This document shows positions 9,869 through 21,386 of a stretch of 64,000 bases of DNA, piece after piece. The stretch's first letter is position 1; each line of letters opens with the position of its first letter. Origin of the DNA: an uncultured delta proteobacterium. Lineage in GTDB: Bacteria > Desulfobacterota > Binatia > UBA9968. The translations under genes and the position numbers were made by a program. The DNA is taken from assembly GCA_963804165.1 (NCBI GenBank), contig CAWDPO010000016.1, forward strand, positions 114,284-178,283, read 5' to 3'. Under the pieces are notes generated by a model. That model saw only the letters and a program-made list of their open reading frames with translations. It did not search any database and was not told where the DNA came from.

Positions 9869-11703
9869 ATCTCTATAGAAAATTATTGCTGGCCCAAGCG
9901 CCGATCGCCATCGCCCTAGCGATCGTCGGCATCTTTTCGGCAATTGTGGTGTCCTACCTCGGCTCTCATTCGCAAACCATTTTGAAAGACAATTATCGGA
10001 GCGTGCTGGCAGCGCAGCGGATGAAAGAAACGAGCGAGCGCATGGACAGCGGTGCGCTGTTTATTGTTGCGGGCGAGCGTCAAAAAGGGCTTGAGCAGGC
10101 GGAAAAAAATCGCCCGATCTTCGAAGCCGAGCTGAAAGTGCAGGAGGGAGATGTCGCGGAGTCGGGCGAGAAGGAGTTTACCGAGGGATTGCGCGCGGCG
10201 TGGACCGATTATCAGGCTAAATTCGCCAAGCTTGAAAAAAGCACCAGCGCGGAAGAAGCGAAGCAACTCTATTTTGCCGAGCTGGAATCGGCCTTTAATA
10301 AAGTGAAATCGGCCGCCGACGAAATCCTGGCGATCAATCAAGACACCATGGTGCGTAAAAGCGACGACGTGCGGCGCACGGCAGAGCGCATGAATGCGAT
10401 CACCATGACGGTGGCACTGACGGCACTAGCGCTAGGTCTCTTCGTCTCGACGTTTCTTACCCGGCGGCTGCTCCAGCCGGTCTCGGCGCTCAGCGAGGCG
10501 ACGCGCAAAATCGGCGAGGGCAATTTCGACACGCGCGCCCACGTGCGCGGCAACGACGAGCTGGCGCAGTTGGCACGGGACTTTAATGCGATGGCCGCGC
10601 GCTTGGCGGAATACCGCAAAAGCTCGCTCGGCGACTTGCTCCAGGCGCATTTGAGCATGCAGGCGGCGATCGACAGCCTGCCCGACCCGGTCGCGATTTT
10701 TAATATTGACGGCAATCTCCAGAACGTCAACCATGCGGCGGAAACGCTCATCGGACTGAGAACCGACGGTGGCGTGAAAGAGCCGTTCAAAACTGTCGAT
10801 GCGGCGACGCGAGCCATTCTCGAGCGCATGCGTAGCCACGTGCTCTCGGGCAAAGGCGCGTTTAACCCGAGAGGGTTCGAAGACGCGGTCCAGCTCCCGA
10901 CTCTGTTGGGCGACCGGTATTTCCTGCCGCGTGCCACGCCGGTCTATGAAGCGCGCGGCGTGATCATCGGCGCCACTGTGATCTTGCAGGACGTCACCCG
11001 GTTGCGCCGCTTCGAAGAATTGAAAAACGACGTCGTGGCAACCGTCGCGCACGAGTTCCGCACTCCGCTCACGTCTTTGCGCATGGCGGTGCACCTGTGC
11101 GCCGAACAGGTCGCCGGTCCGCTCACGGAAAAGCAAGCCGAACTGATGCACGCGGCGCGCGAAGATTGCGACCGGTTGCAGGCCATGGTCGACGATCTTT
11201 TGGATTTGTCGCGAATCGAATCCGGTCGGGTGGAGATCTATCCGCTACCGACGCCAATCGGAGTGCTCGCCGACACCGTCGTCGAACAATTCAAAACTGA
11301 AGCCGAGGCCAAAGGCGTGCGCCTGAGCACGGAGATCGCAATTCCGGAAGTCAAAGTACTGGCGGATCACGAGCGCGTGGGCCATGTATTTGCCAATCTT
11401 GTCGGCAACGCGTTACGCCACACCCAGCGGGATGGCTCGGTAATCCTGGGTGCGAGCGTCAGTAACGGCGCGGTGCGTTTCACGGTGACGGACACGGGCA
11501 AAGGAATTCCAAGGGAATACCAGGAGCGAATTTTTGAAAAGTTTTTCCAAGTCCCTGAGAGTGGACCGAAGGGAACCGGTCTGGGTCTTTATATCGCCAA
11601 GGAGATCGTGCGCGGTCATGGTGGCGACATCGGTGTCGAAAGCGAAGTAGGAAAAGGGAGCATGTTTTGGTTCACGCTGCCGACCAAAGCAAAGACTGTC
11701 TAG
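9865..11703 (+). CDS. Membrane sensor histidine kinase (periplasmic helical sensor, HAMP, PAS, HisKA, HATPase), KinB-like
   Basis: Two TMs, HAMP (DELAQLARDFNAM), VAHEFRTPLTS, NLVGNALRH, DTGKGI, GTGLGL; ATGA overlap with the kdpD fragment. Confidence 0.93.
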   Translation: MNLYRKLLLAQAPIAIALAIVGIFSAIVVSYLGSHSQTILKDNYRSVLAAQRMKETSERMDSGALFIVAGERQKGLEQAEKNRPIFEAELKVQEGDVAESGEKEFTEGLRAAWTDYQAKFAKLEKSTSAEEAKQLYFAELESAFNKVKSAADEILAINQDTMVRKSDDVRRTAERMNAITMTVALTALALGLFVSTFLTRRLLQPVSALSEATRKIGEGNFDTRAHVRGNDELAQLARDFNAMAARLAEYRKSSLGDLLQAHLSMQAAIDSLPDPVAIFNIDGNLQNVNHAAETLIGLRTDGGVKEPFKTVDAATRAILERMRSHVLSGKGAFNPRGFEDAVQLPTLLGDRYFLPRATPVYEARGVIIGATVILQDVTRLRRFEELKNDVVATVAHEFRTPLTSLRMAVHLCAEQVAGPLTEKQAELMHAAREDCDRLQAMVDDLLDLSRIESGRVEIYPLPTPIGVLADTVVEQFKTEAEAKGVRLSTEIAIPEVKVLADHERVGHVFANLVGNALRHTQRDGSVILGASVSNGAVRFTVTDTGKGIPREYQERIFEKFFQVPESGPKGTGLGLYIAKEIVRGHGGDIGVESEVGKGSMFWFTLPTKAKTV

Positions 11704-11846
11704 AACTGGGCCACAAGACCGCGGCGATCACAAACAACAAATAAAAGAAATTTCGCGAGACAAAGATAGAAACTCTCGTTACCGCCAGAGTAACCGAGAG
11801 CTTAAATAGAGTTGTGTACGTAGGTGAGACAGATTGGAATGTCCCA

Positions 11847-13685
11847 TTAGTTGCAGATGATCAGATGGCAGTCCCTGGGAAGCCGCTTCATAAGCCCCTT
11901 CAGGACGTGGCCGCGGAGCATGTGATCGAAGGCCGAGCGCTTCGAGGAGCCGATGAGTACGGCATCGACATCGAGTACCTCGGCGGCGTTGGCAATAGCC
12001 TCCGCCGCGTTGTGCGAGACTGTCCAGATCGGAATCATCTCGATCGGTTTTCCACGGACCGCTTGCAGTGCTGCCTTGAGGGTCTCGACTCCTTGTTCAT
12101 TCGGCCGATGAGGGGTCGTTCCGGCGAACAGTCCGGGCCATTCCTCGACGTAAATACAGTACAGGGCCGACTCGCCTTTGCCTTTTGCCCGCATGATCCC
12201 TTCCTGGATCAGGTGCGGATTCTCATCACGGAGGGCCAGCAGAGTGGAAGAGGAATAGAACGGCTTGACCTCCACCGCTTCTGCAAGCGTCATGAGCCCC
12301 TTCAGCTCATCTTCGACAAGATCTTCCGACGCGCGATACGCCCGTGTTTGCAGCCTCTCTATGAACGGAATCTGGGTGAGCCCCTCGATGAACCATCCTC
12401 GGCGCACGCCGACCGCCACGAGCATCCCGATAAGTGTGACAGTTCCTCCGAAAAGCGTGGCGAGCTCCTTTTCCACGAGGTTGATCCCCCAGGCAACCAT
12501 CAGCATCAAAGTTGTCAGCACGCCGACCCAGAAACCAAAATCGCGACGTCCCAACCTCCAACGAATCGCATCCAAGCTCGATGATGAGAAGACAAACGCG
12601 CCCAACAGCCCAAAGGCGTACATATCGCCAAGAAGAATCATGTGGCCGCGGGTGAGCAGAATCAGCAGCACCGGAACCAAGGTTGCGATCAGAACTGCGA
12701 TATGGGGTGTGTTAAATGCGCGGTTACGCAATTCCAGAATTTTCGGTAGAAAGCCTTGGCTCGTGAGCGCCAGAAAAACATGATACGAACCGATGATTGC
12801 CGTATTCGATGCGAACAAGAGAAGGCTCGAAGCGGTTGCCACCACCGCCAGCTTGACGCCGAACCCGCCGACGATAAGGCCCAATTCGGAGATGAAGCGC
12901 TCACTTTGCGTTGCCTTGATCTGATCCGACAAAAGTCCCACCGATAATGCGGTCAGGACCGGTGACGTAATGATCATCGTGATTATGACAGCGGCCATGG
13001 CGCGGCGTGTCGTTCGGCGCAGCGGGTAGCGCATGGCCGGGCTCAGTTGGCTGATACTCTCCAGTCCTGAAAACGCGAGCCAGGCAGCGGAGAATCCAAC
13101 GAGGAGTTCGTAGGAGGAAACTTCTTCACGTACACTGAGATGATTCAGGACCGTTTGCCATTGTTCGGCATTCATGATCACGACAGCGATGCCGATCACG
13201 ACGAGATTGATGAAAAACGCTGACAATGCCATCACAAGCGACACTGTAGCGCTTTCCCTAATTCCGATGATGTTGAGCGCGGCAAGGGTTCCCACGCCTA
13301 CGCAGGCTAGAAGAACGATATGAGGGTCGAGAACGGGAAAGGCGCTGCTCAGATATTGAAATCCGGAAACCGAGGAGATCGCCGTGGTAAGGAAATAATC
13401 GACGGTAATCAGCATGCCGCCCAAACAGCCCCACATGGGGCCGAAAGCTTTGGTTGTGATAGTGACGACACCGCCGCCTTCGGGGTTGCGCCACGAGATT
13501 TCGATATACTTCAGCGCGAGAAGGATGAAACCGCCCGTGGTGAGCAGGACAAAAAACGGAGCCGCGTCTTTGACGTGGCCATACAAGATACCCGGCACAT
13601 AGTAAACGGACGTGCCGATATCGCAGAAAACGACGGCCCACGCGAGAAACCAAGTAAGTTGTCTTGTATCGCGAGTCGGACGCAT
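11847..13685 (-). CDS. APC-superfamily permease with C-terminal Usp-like domain, KUP/KimA-like candidate K+ transporter
   Basis: About 12 TMs; TM1 VVFCDIGTSVYY resembles KUP VYGDIGTSPLY; GGGV, AFSGLES and MYAFG motifs; Usp-like tail (VLIGSSKRS..LRGHV). Confidence 0.8.
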   Translation of the reverse strand: MRPTRDTRQLTWFLAWAVVFCDIGTSVYYVPGILYGHVKDAAPFFVLLTTGGFILLALKYIEISWRNPEGGGVVTITTKAFGPMWGCLGGMLITVDYFLTTAISSVSGFQYLSSAFPVLDPHIVLLACVGVGTLAALNIIGIRESATVSLVMALSAFFINLVVIGIAVVIMNAEQWQTVLNHLSVREEVSSYELLVGFSAAWLAFSGLESISQLSPAMRYPLRRTTRRAMAAVIITMIITSPVLTALSVGLLSDQIKATQSERFISELGLIVGGFGVKLAVVATASSLLLFASNTAIIGSYHVFLALTSQGFLPKILELRNRAFNTPHIAVLIATLVPVLLILLTRGHMILLGDMYAFGLLGAFVFSSSSLDAIRWRLGRRDFGFWVGVLTTLMLMVAWGINLVEKELATLFGGTVTLIGMLVAVGVRRGWFIEGLTQIPFIERLQTRAYRASEDLVEDELKGLMTLAEAVEVKPFYSSSTLLALRDENPHLIQEGIMRAKGKGESALYCIYVEEWPGLFAGTTPHRPNEQGVETLKAALQAVRGKPIEMIPIWTVSHNAAEAIANAAEVLDVDAVLIGSSKRSAFDHMLRGHVLKGLMKRLPRDCHLIICN

Positions 13686-13834
13686 AGGTTTCTTCTTACG
13701 AAAGTTCAAAGCTACCACAAATTAACTGGGTTCAATAATGAAACAACCGAGGATTCGGTTCCAGTTTTAACACTTTTATTTTTCAGGGTAATTTTTTAAT
13801 TCCGGGGCGACTACAGAACTGTTAGATTGAAGTA

Positions 13835-14290
13835 ATGCGACAAGTCCATTCCGTACCCGAACCGGTTGCCGCACATACGGTTCGGCGCATTGCGCATCCA
13901 ATCAATTTTTCTAATGTGTCTGAAAGCGGGCTTAGCTGGGCGATTCACTTGGCAGAGGAACATCAGGCCGAATTCCTACTGTTGCACGTTGTCCCACCAC
14001 CGACGCCCATTTTCGAGCTTGAATCGCCGATGAAATCCGAAGCAGAACATGCATTATCCGTTCTGCTGGCAAAACTCGAGGCAACAGGCCTCAAGGCACG
14101 AGGCTTCCTGCTAACCGGGAAAAGTTCTACGGAGAGTCAAATTGTTCGCGCCGCCAGACTGGAACGCGTTGATCTTATCATTATGGGAACCCGCGGCCGT
14201 CCCGGCATCTCCAGGCTACTCGTAGGGAGCTTGGCATCCAGAGTAATCGATCGCGCCCACTGCCCAGTACTAGTTGTCCCGAGCCGATGA
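13835..14290 (+). CDS. Universal stress protein
   Basis: RIAHPINFS, LLLHVV, DLIIMGTRGR..LLVGSLASRVIDRAHCPVLVVP. Confidence 0.92.
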   Translation: MRQVHSVPEPVAAHTVRRIAHPINFSNVSESGLSWAIHLAEEHQAEFLLLHVVPPPTPIFELESPMKSEAEHALSVLLAKLEATGLKARGFLLTGKSSTESQIVRAARLERVDLIIMGTRGRPGISRLLVGSLASRVIDRAHCPVLVVPSR

Positions 14291-14425
14291 CCGAGAGAGC
14301 AAGGGGCGACACCATGCAGGCAATGTAAAGTGAGGGCAGCACGTTTCGGGAAGCAGCGCGTCGAGGGCCAAGCGGTCGATTTTTAGTAATCACGAATCCT
14401 TCCGTTGACTTGTCGTTTCCAAGGT

Positions 14426-15817
14426 CTAGCCCTCGTATTTTTTTCGCTTGCGCCAAAGCGTCGATGCGTCGATCCCAAGCACGGCAGCGGCTTCGTCCAA
14501 AGTCGCTGTGCGCGCGAGCACGCGGGTGATATGCTCGCGCTCGATGGCGTCCAAGGAAAAATCACCGCCCATTTGCGCCGCGTCCGCGCTGCGATGGCGC
14601 GCGGAAATATGCGGCGGGAACGCTTCTGGTTCGATGATTTGAGCCGGCCAAAGTATCACTGCTCTTTCGATGGTGTTTCTGAGCTCGCGCACGTTACCGG
14701 GCCACGAGTAAGTGGTCAAAACTTCGGCGGCGGCGTTCGATAGCTCGGGCGTTTGGCGCCGCGCCGATTTTGCGAAAAAGATCAAAAACCGGCGCGCCAA
14801 GCGCAGAATATCCTCGGGCCGCTCGCGCAGGGGCGGCAACTCCAAATCGATCACATTCAAACGATAGAGCAGATCTTCGCGGAACAAGCCCTGGCGCACG
14901 TGCTCGGCTAAATCGCGATTGGTGGCCGCCACGGTTCGCACGTCGGCTCGTCGCGTTTTGTTCTCGCCGAGCCGTTCGAATTCCTTTTCCTCGATGAAGC
15001 GGAGCAGCTTGGCTTGCAACGATGGCGAGATGTCGCCGATCTCATCGAGAAAAAGCGTGCCGCCCTCGGCCGCTTCGACGCGGCCCGCTTGATCGCGCAC
15101 GGCGCCGGTAAAAGCTCCTTTGGCGTGGCCGAACAGCTCGCTGGTGAGCAATTCCTCGGATAGAGTCGGGCAATTGACGACGACGAAGGGATGACGGCTG
15201 CGCGGGCTCAATGAATGAATCCAGCGCGCCAGTACGCTCTTGCCCGTGCCGCTTTCACCGCGCAGCAGGACCGGCGCGTCCGAGCTCGCTGCTTTTCGCG
15301 CAACTTCAAAAACCGCGCGCAGCTTCGGTGAATCGGATTCCAAATCGCTGTCCGGCGCCGCTTCACGCAGCCGGCCCTCCAAATCGATGACCTGTCGTTT
15401 GAGGTCGCGTTGCTTGATGCATTGATCGACAACATGGCGAATCTGCGCCGGCGTAAACGGCTTGGCCAGATAATCGGCCGCGCCGCGTTTGATCGCGTCC
15501 ACCGCGCTGTCGATCGTGGCGTACGCCGTGATCACCACCACCAACAGATTAGGACAATCGGCGATCAGTTTGGGGATGAGATCGAGACCGCTGGTGTCGC
15601 CGAGACGGACGTCGAGAAACGCCAAATCGTAGGCCTGTTGGGTGAGAGCATCGAGCGCGCTTTCTCCAGATGACACCGCGGCCACGTGACAGCCGGCTTG
15701 CTCGAGACAAAGCGACAACGTGGCGCGAATGTTTTTTTCATCGTCGATGACAAGCACCGGAGTCTTGAATCCGCAGTCGGTTTTGGGGAGACCACGATGA
15801 CCGCCTTGTTGGAGCAC
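14426..15817 (-). CDS. Sigma54-dependent response regulator (receiver-AAA+-HTH), AlgB-like; start uncertain
   Basis: [59 protein letters not shown]. Confidence 0.95.
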   Translation of the reverse strand: MLQQGGHRGLPKTDCGFKTPVLVIDDEKNIRATLSLCLEQAGCHVAAVSSGESALDALTQQAYDLAFLDVRLGDTSGLDLIPKLIADCPNLLVVVITAYATIDSAVDAIKRGAADYLAKPFTPAQIRHVVDQCIKQRDLKRQVIDLEGRLREAAPDSDLESDSPKLRAVFEVARKAASSDAPVLLRGESGTGKSVLARWIHSLSPRSRHPFVVVNCPTLSEELLTSELFGHAKGAFTGAVRDQAGRVEAAEGGTLFLDEIGDISPSLQAKLLRFIEEKEFERLGENKTRRADVRTVAATNRDLAEHVRQGLFREDLLYRLNVIDLELPPLRERPEDILRLARRFLIFFAKSARRQTPELSNAAAEVLTTYSWPGNVRELRNTIERAVILWPAQIIEPEAFPPHISARHRSADAAQMGGDFSLDAIEREHITRVLARTATLDEAAAVLGIDASTLWRKRKKYEG

Positions 15818-16101
15818 TATGCTATCCGCGGGTTATCGTTGCAAGCACCACGGAAAATCGCGGGGCGAGTTGTGACATCGACACAGTATTTTCGATGGCC
15901 ACAGCAGTCAGGCGTAAAGGATTCCTATGCCGCGCGGCTTGCCAAATGGCGGCCGCTTGTGTTCTGCGCAACCTTTTAAATATGCCGCACGTCCTAGCCG
16001 CGCACGAAATGCGTCGCCCAGAAGTGCCGGTGATTGGATGAGTGCGAAAGCTGGCGGTAGATCAAAAATGGCAATCGGACAACCCGTCGGCGTAATGCCG
16101 G

Positions 16102-18537
16102 CTAATCGGGAACACCGGACACTTTCACGACGAGGATGAGGCCGAGATCTTCAAAGCACGTCACCCAGCGGCGCGCTGTTTCGTCACCGAGTCGTTGTGA
16201 CTCGCGTTGTTTTGGATACTCCCGTTTCAATAGTTGGTAAAAAATGTTTTGAACTTTCCAAAGATTGGCCTTGAACGGAAGATGCTGGAGCAGATTCGCC
16301 GCGTCAAGAAATTGCTGGAGCATGGCTAACGAGGGTTGCGCCGCAAGCGTCGTCGCCGCGCTTTCCAATGACCGACGATAGGCAAATTCTATAGGTGCCA
16401 TATCAAGAGACACTCCTTCTTCCTTGGCGGACTCAAAAAGGCGGGTCACGAGTTCGCGATCGATACTCGGCTGTTGCAAGGCGCCGCGCAAATTATTGCT
16501 CAGCACGAACTCCGCGGCAGCGGAAAACCCTTTGGGCAGGGGTATGGCGAGGTCGGTCAAAAATCGCATGAGCGGCGCGCTGTGCTCATAGATGCGTCGA
16601 TACAGAGATTCAGCTTCCGTTAGATTGGCAGCGAGGATGGTGTTGACGAGGCTTCTTTGCTGGTCGTGAAAAAGCGACCGCAAGGAGTAGTTCGATTCGC
16701 CAAAGCGGCGTTCCATGGCGCGTATAACGCCGGTGAGATCGGCGCGTCGAAACGGTTCCACGGTGCTCTCAACGATACTCCGATACGTTTCATCGTCCCG
16801 GTATTCCACGACGCCGCCGTTAATGTTGTGATCGCCCAGATGGAGCACGCCGAAGTTCAGTTTCTGCGACTCCAGCGTGATCTTGGAGCGAGTTGGACGC
16901 GGCCGATGCCGAGCTTCGCTCGTCCCGAGGTGAAAACCTGATGGTCTTCGAGCTGCGCGTCATAGCAGTAAATCGTCGCTGGGTTTGAATAGTCCTCGAA
17001 CAACGTGCTCACCGCGTAATGGGCGCCGACGTTTTCCCAATCGACTTTGGCCGGCCGGACCATCGCTCATAGATTTGCGAGCCGTTTCCCTGCTCCGGCA
17101 GATTGCTCTTTGCCGCGGCCAGCCGGCGCACGAACTGGTCTTCGAGTGCGTGGCCGAAGACGTTCTCCGCCAATTGAACGACGCGTCCCGCGAACTGAAG
17201 AATTTGCACGGTCTCGATGCCGGACAGATCGTCGAAAAACCAGCCGCAGCTCGTGTACATGAGCATGGCGTTGCGCTGCATTTCGAGGAGCTTGAGCACC
17301 GTCGAAGTTTCCGTCGCGTTCAACGGTCCGCACGGCGTGGCAGGCGATAAAGCTGTGAATGTTTGCCGTCGATCGGTCGTTAACGACGTCGATGTAGGCA
17401 TCGCGCGCGCACCAAGGATCCTTAAGCAGCTTGCCAGCTCTGCTCTCCCATTGGCGGACGATGGCGTCGCGCAGCCAATCCAGCGCATTGCGCAACGGTG
17501 TGCGCCACTCCTGGTTCCAGCCGGGCTGGGCGCCGGAGTTGCAGCCGCAGTTGCTCCACCAGCGATCGATCCCGTGGGCACAACTCCAGGAGCTTTTCTC
17601 GACGATCTCAACTTCATCGGCGGGCGGATTTTTTGCCAAAAACTCGCCATAGTTGGTCAAACACGCCAGCTGCCTAACCTCGATCTGATCCAACACGTAG
17701 GCGAGAGCCATGTCACCGAAGCGGTGGTGATGGCCGTAGCTTTCGCCGTCGGTGGCGACGTGCACGAGCTCCGCCCCATCGCGCTCATTGGAAAAAGCCC
17801 CTGTCAATCGGTCGATAAAGCGCTCGCCATTGCTCAGCAGCCCCTCAAAAGCCACGCCGCGGGCAATCGGGCCGTCATAGAAAAATAGCACGATGGATTT
17901 TCCCGACGGCAGAGTCTGCTGGTAGGCGCGGGTGGTGTCAATGGGATGACCGTTGAGCTCGGTCCATTCAGACTCGCCGATCCGCCGCACGCGCGCAGCT
18001 TGGTGGGGTGCGAGAATTGTAAAGCGCAGGCCAAATTGAGCGAGCAGTTCGAGGGTTTCCAGATCGACAGCAGTCTCCGGCAGCCAAAGCCCTTCCGGGG
18101 CGCGCTTGAATCTTTTTTCAAAGTCGCGGATGCCCCAGAAAATTTGCGTGGCGCGATCGCGGCTGTTCGGCCAGAGGCATGATCATGTGATTGTAGACTT
18201 GCGCGATGGCGGAGCCATGGCCAGAAAAGTTTTCTCGGCTTTCCTGATCCGCCGTCAAAATCACGGCGTAAACCTCCGGTGCCTTGACTTCCAGCCACGA
18301 CAGCAGGGTTGGGCCGAAGTTAAAGCTGATCTTCGAATAGTTGTTGACGAGTTTTACGATGCGATTTTGGTCATCCAAAATGCGCGAAACGGAATTCGGC
18401 GCGTAACACTCCGCGGTGATCCGCTCGTTCCAATCGTGATAGGGCGACGCCGAATCCTGCAGCTCTATGGCTTCCAGCCAGGGGTTTTCCCTCGGCGGCT
18501 GGTAAAAGTGGCCATGAATGCATATACAGCGTTCCAT
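16102..18537 (-). CDS. GH57-type glycoside hydrolase with DUF3536, multiple frameshifts
   Basis: CIHGHFYQPPRENPW, YHDWNERITAECY, SFNFGPTLLSWL, ATDGESYGHH, SSWSCAHG, MYTSCGWFFD across frames. Confidence 0.88.
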
Positions 18538-18609
18538 TTAAGCGATGAGTCGAGCGCAGCGGAAGATGGCTAAATTTTGCCGCTCGGCGTTGAAAATCTC
18601 ATCCGGTGG

Positions 18610-19863
18610 CTACGGGTTGGTCATCACCCAAGTGGTTTTGCGTGGTCCGCGCGGCAAGCACGACGATGCCGCTCTGCGATACCGTGTAATGCTCGCGATC
18701 GCTCGCGAGATCGTAGCCGATCTGCGGTTCCCGAGGGAATGACGTTGGCTTTATCGATGATCGCGTGGCGAATCTTGCAACCACGGCCGATTTCCACCCA
18801 GTCCATGATCACGGAGTCTTCAATCTGGCTGTAACTGTGAATCCTGACGTTTCTGCCGACCACGCAGTTGTGCACGTAACTGCCGCTGATGATGGTTCCC
18901 TCGGCGACGATCGAATTGACCGCCATGCCCTGGCGGTCTTTCCAATCGAAGACGAATTTTGCCGGCGGGTCGGCATAGCCGACCGTGCGCAGCGGCCAGC
19001 TGCGGTTATACAAATTAAAAGACGGATCGATCGAGCAGAGATCCATGCTCGCTTCGTAGTACGCGTCGATGGTGCCCAGATCGCGCCAATAGCTCGGCTC
19101 TTCTCCTTTCGACGGAATCGGCACGCGGTTCTTGCGAAAATCATAGGCGTAAGACTCTGCCGCTTTTGACCAAATCCGGTAGGATATCCCGGCCGAAATC
19201 ATGGTTGCTCGCGGGCTTCTCGGCATCGGCATTGAGCGAATCGATCAAGACTTCATTGTTGAAAAGGTAGTTGCCCATCGATACGAGCGCATAATTCGGC
19301 TCTCCCGGGAATAGACTTGGGATTTTTCGGCTTCTCGTCAAAGCCGATGATGCGCCAATCGGCGTCGACTTTGATAACGCCGAACTGCGAGGCCTCTTCG
19401 ATCTTGACCGGGAGCGCGGCGACGGTGACGTCGGCTGATTTCTTTTGATGCTCGTCGATCATCTGTCGGACATTCATGCGATAGATGTGGTCGGCGCCGA
19501 AAACCGCGACCAATTTGGGATTGTGCCGTTCGAGCAAATACAAATTCTGATACACGAGTCCGCGGTGCCCTGATACCAATCATCTCCCGAACGCATTTGC
19601 GCTGGCACCGGAATGACAAAATGTTCACCGAGAAAATCCGTCGTGCGCCAGCCGCGGTCCAAGTGTTCCAGCAGCGACTGCGCTTTGAACTGAGTCACGA
19701 CATAGATCGACAAGATGCCGGAGTTCACGAAATTCGACAACACGAAATCGATAATACGGTAGCGGGCGCCGAAAGGCACCGCGGGTTTGGCCCGGTGCTG
19801 TGTCAACGGATAAAGACGCTCGCCCCGTCCGCCTGCCATGATGACACCCAGCACGTACATCAT
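18610..19863 (-). CDS. glgC: Glucose-1-phosphate adenylyltransferase, frameshifted
   Basis: [62 protein letters not shown]. Confidence 0.93.
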
Positions 19864-21332
19864 AAGCCTCTTATTTTGTTTCCCCCTTGATTAACAAGCT
19901 GTCGGTACAAGTCTGCGTACTGTTTTGCCGGAGCGATCCCAGGAAAAATCCATCGCCATGGCGCGGCGCTGCAGCGCCGTCCAGGCTTTCTTATCGTGAA
20001 ACGCCGTTAAGCATCGATCGATGAGCGTCGAGCAAAGCTTGCGCGTTCGTAGGGTTCGAAAACAAAGCCGGTGCCGGTTTCGCGCGCTGCCATCGTAGGG
20101 CTGCACCGTGTCTTTCAAGCCGCCGACGGCGCGCACGATCGGAATCGTACCATACTTGAGACTAAACATTTGATTGAGACCGCAGGGCTCATAGAGAGAA
20201 GGCATCAGAAAAATATCGGCGCCCGCCTCGATCCGGTGGGCGAGCGGTTCGTCAAAACCGATACGCACCGCCACCCGGTCGGGGTAACGCGACTCGCGCG
20301 GCGCGAAAAAACTCTTCGTATCGCGGCTCGCCGCTGCCGAGCAAGACGATCTGAACAGTCGCGCTGCATCAGCGCGTCGAAAATGCTCTCCACCAAATCG
20401 AAACCCTTTTGCGGCGTGAGGCGCGAGATCATGCGCGATGATCGGCGTGTCGGCTTATCTGGAAGTCCAAGATGTGCTCGAAGAGCTCTTTTGCAGGCAT
20501 CCTTTTGCGACAGGCTGTTTTCGCCGTAGTGGTGGCGAGATAAGGATCCGTCCAGGGATTCCATTGCTGTAGTCGACGCCGTTCAAAATGCCGACGAGAT
20601 CGGCGGCCCGCTGGCGCACGACACCCTCGAGGCCAAAGCCTTGCTCGGCGCTCATGATTTCCTGGGCGTAGGACGGGCTCACCGTGGTGACCTTGTCGGC
20701 GAGGATGAGCGCGCCCTTGAGAAAATTGATATTGCCGTAGAATTCCAAATAAGCCGGGCGTAAAAAATGCGGCGTCGAGATTCAACAGCGGCCAGTCGGC
20801 TTGCCGAAGATTCCTTGAAAGCCGAGATTGTGAATTGTAAAGACGGTCTTGGCCGCGGCTACTTCGGCGTAGCGTGCCGGCTGCACTTTGAGAAGGATGA
20901 TCGCCAACGCAGCTTGCCAATCGTGGCAATGAACGATCTCCACGGGCCATGGCGAAGGAGCTCCAACGCGGCATGGCTAAAAAAAACTAAACCGTTCGGC
21001 ATTGTCCGGATAGTCTCCCGCCGGTGGGCCCGTAGAGAAATTCCCGATCGAAGTAGTGATCGGCTCGGATCAGATAAACCGCGGTACCTTTGCCAAGCGA
21101 AGTTTACCAGCGCCGTTGTTTCCTGGCGGCGCTCGGAACTCGGCACTGAGAGTTTAAAGGCCGTTTCGCGCAACGGCAAAATTGCCTTGCAGCACCGAGC
21201 GATAAGCCGGCGTGATCACGCAGACTTCGTGGCCGAGGCGTTCCACACCGACGGAGAGAGTGCCGAGGACGTCGGCCAAGCCGCCGGTCTTGGCGAAGGG
21301 CTGACCTCGGAGGCGATCATGGCGATCTTCAT
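19860..21332 (-). CDS. glgA: Glycogen synthase, heavily frameshifted
   Basis: [67 protein letters not shown]. Confidence 0.9.
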
Positions 21333-21386
21333 CGGGTGTCGTTCGCGTGAAGTTCAATTCTTCGAACGCCGCGTCAAGCGTTCAGC

